From assembly GCA_902462295.1 (NCBI GenBank), contig CABQAZ010000005.1, forward strand, positions 18,284 through 82,283: a stretch of DNA of 64,000 bases. The letters are read 5' to 3'. Position numbers and translations under genes: made by a program. How positions within the stretch are numbered: the stretch's first letter is position 1; each line of letters opens with the position of its first letter. The notes below the pieces were generated by a model. The model saw only the letters and a program-made list of their open reading frames with translations. It searched no databases and was not told the origin of the DNA. This document shows positions 58,881-64,000 of the stretch, piece after piece. Source of the stretch: an uncultured Clostridium sp. GTDB taxonomy: Bacteria; Bacillota; Clostridia; TANB77; CAG-508.

Positions 58881-59621
58881 ATGGAAGAAAGACAAGTAGT
58901 TTTAGTAACAGGAGGCTCAAGAGGAATTGGTAAAGCAATAGCGTTAAAATATGCCGAAAATGGGTATAATGTTGTGATTAATTATGTATCTGATAAAACA
59001 GATATTGCAGAATTAGAAAAAGAATTCAAGGAAAAAAAAGTAGAAAGTTTAATTTTTAAGGCAGATGTATCAAAATCAGATGAAGTAGATATATTAGTAA
59101 AAAAGACCATTGAAAAATTTGGAAGAATTGATGTATTAGTCAATAATGCAGGAATAACAAGAGACACATTGTTAATGAGAATGAAAGAGGATGACTTTGA
59201 TAAAGTAATAGAAATAAATTTAAAGGGAACTTTTTTAGTAACTAAAGCAGTTACTCCATATATGATGAAGAAAAGAAATGGAAGAATAATAAATCTGTCA
59301 TCAGTTGTAGGAGTTACAGGAAATGCTGGACAATGTAATTATTCAGCTTCAAAGGCAGGAATAATAGGATTTACCAAAAGCATTGCAAAAGAACTTGCTT
59401 CAAGAAATATTAGGGCAAATACAGTAGCGCCTGGTTTTATTGATACAGATATGACGAGTGTTTTATCAGATGATGTGAAAGCAAATATAAACACTCAGAT
59501 TCCTATGAAAAGAATGGGAACAGCTAGAGAGATAGCAAATGTAGTTTATTTTTTAGGAAGTGAGGAAAGTTCATATATTACTGGGCAAGTTATTAATATA
59601 GATGGTGGAATGGTAATGTAA
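58881..59621 (+). CDS. fabG: 3-oxoacyl-ACP reductase
   Basis: TGGSRGIGKAIA, NNAG, S...YSASKAG SDR catalytic triad. Confidence 0.9.
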   Translation: MEERQVVLVTGGSRGIGKAIALKYAENGYNVVINYVSDKTDIAELEKEFKEKKVESLIFKADVSKSDEVDILVKKTIEKFGRIDVLVNNAGITRDTLLMRMKEDDFDKVIEINLKGTFLVTKAVTPYMMKKRNGRIINLSSVVGVTGNAGQCNYSASKAGIIGFTKSIAKELASRNIRANTVAPGFIDTDMTSVLSDDVKANINTQIPMKRMGTAREIANVVYFLGSEESSYITGQVINIDGGMVM

Positions 59622-59629
59622 TTGCACTT

Positions 59630-59755
59630 AAAATACCCGGTTTCAGAGGTGCAAAATAAAAAAAGGAACCTAAAATACCCGGTCCCAGAGGTGCAAAATA
59701 AAAAAAGGAACCTAAAATACCCGGTCCCAGAAGTGCAAAAATGCAAAAAGAAAGG
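59630..59755 (+). repeat. 3 x 42-bp direct tandem repeat of the same family (AAAATACCCGGTCCCAGAGGTGCAAAATAAAAAAAGGAACCT) between fabG and fabF
   Basis: units 59630-59671, 59672-59713, 59714-59755; units 1-2 differ by 2 nt, unit 3 degenerate at its 3' end. Confidence 0.85.
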
Positions 59756-59763
59756 AAATTATA

Positions 59764-61002
59764 ATGGAAAGAAGAGTAGTAATAACAGGACTTGGAGCAA
59801 TAACTCCAATAGGAAATAATGTAGAGGATTTTTGGAAAGGCATAAAAGATGGAAGATGTGGAATAGATGAAATAAAAGGATTTGATACTACTGGTTTGAA
59901 AGTTAAATTAGCTGGTGAAGTAAAGGGATTTAATCCAGAAGATTATTTTGAGAAAAGGGATGCTAAGAGAATGGATAGATTTTCTCATTTTGCGGTTGTT
60001 ACAGCTAAAGAGGCTTGGAAAGATAGTGGATTAGATAGAGAGAAAGAAGATATGACCAGAGTTGGTGTTATTGTAGGGTCTGGAATAGGTGGTCTTGGTA
60101 CAATAGAAAAAGATAATAGAAGCTTGGTTGAAAAGGGGCCTGATAGAGTGTCTCCAATGTATATTCCAATGTCAATCGGAAATATGGCTACAGGAAATAT
60201 AACTATTGCTCTTGGTGCAAAAGGAGAGTCAATTTCAATGGTTACAGCTTGTGCAAGTGGAACACATTGTATTGGTGAAAGTTTTAGAATGATAAAACAT
60301 GGATATCAAGATATTATTGTTGCGGGGGGAACTGAGGCTTCTGTTACACCCTCAGGGATAGCTGGTTTTTCTAATATAAAAGCATTGACTCAAACAACTG
60401 ATAAGAATAGAGCAAGTATTCCGTTTGATAAAGAAAGAAGCGGATTTGTAATGGGAGAGGGTGCAGGAATTGTTATTTTAGAGGAATTAGAACATGCAAA
60501 AGCAAGAGGTGCAAAAATCTATGCAGAGATTGTGGGTTATGGTGCAACTTCAGATGCATATCATATTACTTCACCAGCTCCAGGAGGAGAAGGTGGCGCT
60601 AGGGCAATGAGAATTGCTATGGATGAAGCTGGAATAAAACCAGAAAAAATTACATATATAAATGCTCATGGGACATCAACTCACTTAAATGATTCGGGGG
60701 AAACAAAAGCGGTTAAAATGGCGTTTGGTGAATCATCAAAAACAGTAATGATTAGTTCTACAAAGGGAAATACAGGTCATTTATTAGGTGCTGCAGGAGG
60801 TGTTGAAGCTGTTGTTTGTGCTAAAGCAATTCAAGATAGCTTTGTGCCACCTACTATAAATTATAAAGTTCCTGATGAAGAATGTGATTTAGATATAGTT
60901 CCAAATAAAGGAAAAAATATAGAAGTAAATTATGCAATGTCAAATTCATTGGGATTTGGAGGACATAATAGTTCTATAATATTAAAGAAATACAAGGAGT
61001 AA
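59764..61002 (+). CDS. fabF: 3-oxoacyl-ACP synthase II
   Basis: RRVVITGLGAITP, active-site Cys (ACASG), His-His (NAHGTST, GHLLGAAG). Confidence 0.9.
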   Translation: MERRVVITGLGAITPIGNNVEDFWKGIKDGRCGIDEIKGFDTTGLKVKLAGEVKGFNPEDYFEKRDAKRMDRFSHFAVVTAKEAWKDSGLDREKEDMTRVGVIVGSGIGGLGTIEKDNRSLVEKGPDRVSPMYIPMSIGNMATGNITIALGAKGESISMVTACASGTHCIGESFRMIKHGYQDIIVAGGTEASVTPSGIAGFSNIKALTQTTDKNRASIPFDKERSGFVMGEGAGIVILEELEHAKARGAKIYAEIVGYGATSDAYHITSPAPGGEGGARAMRIAMDEAGIKPEKITYINAHGTSTHLNDSGETKAVKMAFGESSKTVMISSTKGNTGHLLGAAGGVEAVVCAKAIQDSFVPPTINYKVPDEECDLDIVPNKGKNIEVNYAMSNSLGFGGHNSSIILKKYKE

Positions 61003-61058
61003 ATCTCAAAGGGCTGTGATTGTAGCTTTTAATATAATAGTAAAGTATTCCTATTATA

Positions 61059-61092
61059 TAAAAAAAACAGATAGCTGAAAAACAGCTATCTG
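61059..61092 (-). terminator. rho-independent terminator for the - strand ORF (perfect 10-bp stem, U-run on - strand)
   Basis: + strand AAAAAAAA CAGATAGCTG-AAAAA-CAGCTATCTG. Confidence 0.6.
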
Positions 61093-61117
61093 CCCAGTGC
61101 TCAAATAATAAAGTTAA

Positions 61118-61417
61118 TCAATCAGATATTTTAAAATTTACCTGGTAGCACATCGAATAATGGTTTTGCCATACTTTGACGTGATGGTACTGCATATCCT
61201 TGAGTATTTGTTTTAAACACTTTTGGATTTCATCACAACCACAATGGATATCACTGCAGTCAAGATTAATTGTAGTATCTGGTGGTAATTTATCATTGTT
61301 ACAAAATGCGATTGACATTAATTTGGAAAGAATTTTTACTTCAGTTGTTCCATCATTTCTGATAGGTTTTGAAGCATATAACTTCCGCAGTTCTATGCAC
61401 TGGTGATAAAAGTTCAT
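61118..61417 (-). CDS. hypothetical 99-aa Cys-rich protein on opposite strand inside the fab/acc cluster; GC-atypical
   Basis: perfect RBS AAGGAGGTG 6 nt before ATG (rc of 61415-61417); CSDIHCGCDE and MCY Cys motifs; own terminator. Confidence 0.55.
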   Translation of the reverse strand: MNFYHQCIELRKLYASKPIRNDGTTEVKILSKLMSIAFCNNDKLPPDTTINLDCSDIHCGCDEIQKCLKQILKDMQYHHVKVWQNHYSMCYQVNFKISD

Positions 61418-61495
61418 AAGAACACCTCCTTAGATTTTATGCAAAAATTATATCATAAAAATTGTAAAATGTAAATAGATGAAAGGTATATAAAA

Positions 61496-61921
61496 ATGGA
61501 TTATAATGAAATAAAAAAAATAATACAAGATATGGGAGAGTCTAAACTAGATACATTAGAAATTGAATTCCCAGATGGTTTGAAAATAAAAATGGACAAA
61601 GGAAAAAATGAAAGTATTGCAGTTGATTCTAATAAAAATATAGAAAATATACAATATAATGAGATTGAAAACAAACAAAATGAAGAATATAAGATTGTAA
61701 AATCACCAATGGTAGGAACATTTTATTCAAAATCTTCACCAGAATCAGAACCATTTGTAAAGGTTGGGGATATAGTTAAAAAAGGGCAAGTACTATGTAT
61801 TGTAGAGGCAATGAAATTAATGAATGAAATAGAATCAGAGTTCGATGGAGAGATTATAGAAATTTGTAAAAAAGATGAAGACATGGTTGAATATGGAGAA
61901 AATATGTTTAAAATAAAATAG
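61496..61921 (+). CDS. accB: acetyl-CoA carboxylase biotin carboxyl carrier protein
   Basis: biotinylation motif EAMKLMN. Confidence 0.9.
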   Translation: MDYNEIKKIIQDMGESKLDTLEIEFPDGLKIKMDKGKNESIAVDSNKNIENIQYNEIENKQNEEYKIVKSPMVGTFYSKSSPESEPFVKVGDIVKKGQVLCIVEAMKLMNEIESEFDGEIIEICKKDEDMVEYGENMFKIK

Positions 61922-61947
61922 AATATTCAAGTGTTAAGGAGGAGAAA

Positions 61948-62370
61948 ATGCTAGATATAAAAGGAATAGAAGAAATAATACCACAGAGAGCGCCTTTTTT
62001 GATGATAGATAAGGTAGAAGAATATGTTCCCGGAGAAAGTGCAGTGGCTTATAAAAATGTAAATATAAATGAATGGTATTTTCAAGGGCATTTCCCTGGA
62101 AATCCTATAATGCCAGGAGTACTTATAACAGAAGCTTTAGCTCAAACAGGTGCTGTTGCTATTTTAAGTATGGAAGAAAATAAAGGGAAAAATGCGTTGT
62201 TTGGAGGAATCGATAAGATGAAATTTAAAAAAATGGTTGTTCCAGGAGATGTTTTAAAATTAGAAGTAAAAATCATAAAAAGAAAAGGTCCAATAGGAGT
62301 TGGTGAAGCTATTGCAACAGTTAAAGAAAAAATAGTAGCTAAAGGTGAATTAACTTTTGCTATAGTATAA
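61948..62370 (+). CDS. fabZ: 3-hydroxyacyl-ACP dehydratase FabZ
   Basis: hot-dog fold, catalytic [12 protein letters not shown]. Confidence 0.9.
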   Translation: MLDIKGIEEIIPQRAPFLMIDKVEEYVPGESAVAYKNVNINEWYFQGHFPGNPIMPGVLITEALAQTGAVAILSMEENKGKNALFGGIDKMKFKKMVVPGDVLKLEVKIIKRKGPIGVGEAIATVKEKIVAKGELTFAIV

Positions 62371-62393
62371 AATTGGAACATTAAGGAGGAAAA

Positions 62394-63737
62394 ATGTTAA
62401 AAAAAGTATTAATAGCAAATAGAGGTGAAATAGCAGTTAGAATAATTAGAGCATGTAGAGAAATGGGAATACGAACAGTAGCAATATATTCAGAAGCCGA
62501 TAAAAATGCATTGCATAAAACACTTGCAGATGAAGCAGTATGTATTGGTCCAGCACCATCAAATAAAAGTTATTTAAATATAAAAGCAATATTAGAAGTA
62601 GCCTGTTTAACTGGTGCAGACAGTATTCATCCAGGATTTGGATTTTTATCAGAAAATGCAGTTTTTGCTAAAATGTGTGAAGAAATAGGAATAAAATTTA
62701 TTGGACCTAACTATAAATTGATTGAATTATTGGGAAACAAGTCAAAAGCAAAAGAAACAATGAAAAAAGCAGGCGTTCCAGTTGTTCCAGGTTCAGATGG
62801 ATTAATAGAGAACAAAGAACAAGCAATAAAATTAGCTGAAAAAATTAAATATCCTGTAATATTAAAAGCGTCTGCAGGAGGGGGAGGAAGAGGAATTAGA
62901 ATTGCATATACAGAAAATGAACTAAAAAAAGAATATGATATTGTAAAACAAGAAGCAAAAGTATCATTTAATGATGATAGTTTGTATATGGAAAAATTTA
63001 TTGAAAATCCTCGTCATGTTGAAATTCAGATTCTTGCTGATGAACATGGAAATTGTATATATTTAGGAGATAGAGATTGTTCAGTACAAAGGCGTAATCA
63101 AAAGGTTTTAGAAGAGACACCAAGTAGTTTTATATCTGATAAAATAAGAAAAAAGATGGGAGAAATATCTGTAAAAGCAGTTAAAGAAATAGGATATAGT
63201 AATGTTGGAACAATAGAGTTTTTGGTTGATAAAAATAAGGACTTTTATTTTATGGAAATGAATACAAGAGTACAGGTTGAACATCCTGTAACAGAAATGG
63301 TAACTGGTGTTGATATTATAAAAGAACAAATAAAGATTGCAAGTGGTGAAAAAATGAAATATACTCAAAAAGATATAAAGATAAATGGCCATAGCCTTGA
63401 GGTACGTGTGAATGCAGAAAATCCTGCTAAAAACTTTATGCCTTGTCCAGGAACTATTACAGGTTTACACTTACCTGGAGGAAATGGAATTAGAGTGGAT
63501 ACTGCTATATATGATGGGTATTGTGTGCCACAAAATTATGATTCAATGCTTGCAAAAATTATAGTTCATGGAAAAACAAGAAAAGAATCAATTTTGAAAA
63601 TGAAAAGCGCAATAGCAGAATTAGTAATTGATGGAATTGATACAAATAGAGATTTTTTATATCAAATTTTAGAAAATAAAAATTTTGTAGATAATAATTA
63701 TGATACTTCTTTTATTAAGAAAGAATTTAATCTATAG
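62394..63737 (+). CDS. accC: acetyl-CoA carboxylase biotin carboxylase subunit
   Basis: ATP-grasp, KASAGGGGRG glycine loop, EMNTR motif. Confidence 0.95.
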   Translation: MLKKVLIANRGEIAVRIIRACREMGIRTVAIYSEADKNALHKTLADEAVCIGPAPSNKSYLNIKAILEVACLTGADSIHPGFGFLSENAVFAKMCEEIGIKFIGPNYKLIELLGNKSKAKETMKKAGVPVVPGSDGLIENKEQAIKLAEKIKYPVILKASAGGGGRGIRIAYTENELKKEYDIVKQEAKVSFNDDSLYMEKFIENPRHVEIQILADEHGNCIYLGDRDCSVQRRNQKVLEETPSSFISDKIRKKMGEISVKAVKEIGYSNVGTIEFLVDKNKDFYFMEMNTRVQVEHPVTEMVTGVDIIKEQIKIASGEKMKYTQKDIKINGHSLEVRVNAENPAKNFMPCPGTITGLHLPGGNGIRVDTAIYDGYCVPQNYDSMLAKIIVHGKTRKESILKMKSAIAELVIDGIDTNRDFLYQILENKNFVDNNYDTSFIKKEFNL

Positions 63738-63746
63738 CACGTTTTG

Positions 63747-63856
63747 CCCCTCTGGGACCGGGTATTTTCGGGGCAATTTTTTTGCAAAGCTAAAAAGACC
63801 AGGTATTTGCAGGGTTATTTCCCCGAAAATACCCGGTCCCAAAGGGGCTTTTTTTT
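63747..63856. repeat. inverted pair of repeat-family units forming a very long hairpin + T8 (bidirectional terminator between accC and asnS)
   Basis: CCCCTCTGGGACCGGGTATTTTCGGGG (63747-63773) vs CCCCGAAAATACCCGGTCCCAAAGGGG (63821-63847), 26/27 complementary; half-copy GACCAGGTATTTGC in loop; TTTTTTTT 63849-63856. Confidence 0.8.
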
Positions 63857-63859
63857 AAA

Positions 63860-64000
63860 TTAAAAGTCACAATTATTAGGTGTTCTTGGATAAGGAATAA
63901 CATCTCTAATATTTTCCATACCAGTAATATACATAAGTAATCTTTCGAAACCTAAGCCAAATCCAGAATGAATATTAGAACCATATCTACGTAAATCTAA
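63860..64000 (-). CDS. asnS: class-II aminoacyl-tRNA synthetase C-terminus, most like asparaginyl-tRNA synthetase (3' fragment; gene continues beyond window)
   Basis: rc translation ...[46 protein letters not shown] (class II motif 3). Confidence 0.7.
   Translation of the reverse strand, partial: LDLRRYGSNIHSGFGLGFERLLMYITGMENIRDVIPYPRTPNNCDF

Noticed and set aside
59630-59755. CRISPR array interpretation of the tandem repeats
   Set aside because: There are only 3 units, and the 'spacers' are identical A-rich stretches (AAAATAAAAAAAGGAACCT) rather than unique sequences. No cas genes are in the window, and the same core occurs elsewhere as inverted repeats.
59546-59819. ORFs 59622-59819 (+) and 59546-59746 (-) spanning the fabG-fabF intergenic region
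   Set aside because: The translations are direct read-outs of the 42-bp tandem repeats (repeating KYPVPEVQNKKRNL). This is an artefact of repetitive DNA. fabF has its own RBS/ATG at 59764.
63795-63812. FapR operator assignment for GACCAGGTATTTGC / ATACCCGGTAT motifs
   Set aside because: The resemblance to the FapR box (ACCAGGTA core) is partial. The sites are at terminator positions rather than promoters, and no fapR gene is in the window. It is kept only as a hypothesis inside the repeat-family finding.

Overview
The window is an AT-rich (about 27-28% GC) Firmicutes/Clostridia-type chromosomal core segment. Almost everything is co-directional on the + strand; only tsaE, one small Cys-rich ORF and a terminal asnS fragment are on the - strand.

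Gene content, in order:
- Competence/recombination and housekeeping: comM (5'-partial), dprA, yraN, rsmA, fmt, dps-like.
- Partial dcw cluster: murE-mraY-ftsW/spoVE-murG.
- An orphan PAS sensor histidine kinase, then lepB, holB, yaaT/ricT, a 2x[4Fe-4S] ferredoxin, a rhodanese, a short birA-like ligase, a TM protein and an HD hydrolase.
- A divergent SecD/SecF-like membrane pair, a comEB-type dCMP deaminase, and a GC-atypical lipoprotein.
- The complete S10-spc-alpha ribosomal superoperon (rpsJ to rplQ, with secY, adk, map, infA, rpmJ, rpoA). There is no rpmD (L30).
- An S-box (SAM-I-like) riboswitch plus metK, a three-gene unknown module, and a long-form guaA.
- A frameshifted PflX-like radical-SAM gene, thyA-folA, and splB (spore photoproduct lyase).
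- A four-subunit 2-oxoacid:ferredoxin oxidoreductase (gamma-delta-alpha-beta), lepA, and an rlmB-like methyltransferase.
- A large membrane-anchored protein, a sortase and an M15 peptidase, followed by tRNA-Val/Asp/Phe.
- A stand-alone small membrane-protein gene with a perfect 18-bp operator-like palindrome, then tsaE (- strand).
- A fabH-fabD-fabG-fabF-(antisense Cys-rich ORF)-accB-fabZ-accC cluster, ending with a convergent 3' fragment of asnS.

I saw no transposase, integrase, CRISPR/cas or rRNA.

Most notable observations:
1. A GC-rich palindromic repeat family (core CCCCGAAAATACCCGGTCCCAGAGGTGCAA) occurs at four intergenic sites. Three of them punctuate the fab/acc cluster, including a 3 x 42-bp tandem array between fabG and fabF.
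2. Two extra ORFs sit inside the normally invariant S10/spc ribosomal operon (rplW|rplB and rpsH|rplF). Several other spacers there are unusually long and hairpin-bearing.
3. Four small single-gene islets have about 38% GC.
4. The S10 operon has a structured leader with an attenuator-like hairpin.
5. A 1-nt frameshift interrupts a radical-SAM gene.
6. A 31-bp motif is repeated downstream of two unrelated genes.

All calls are based on reading the sequence and ORF translations by eye. No database searches were run.
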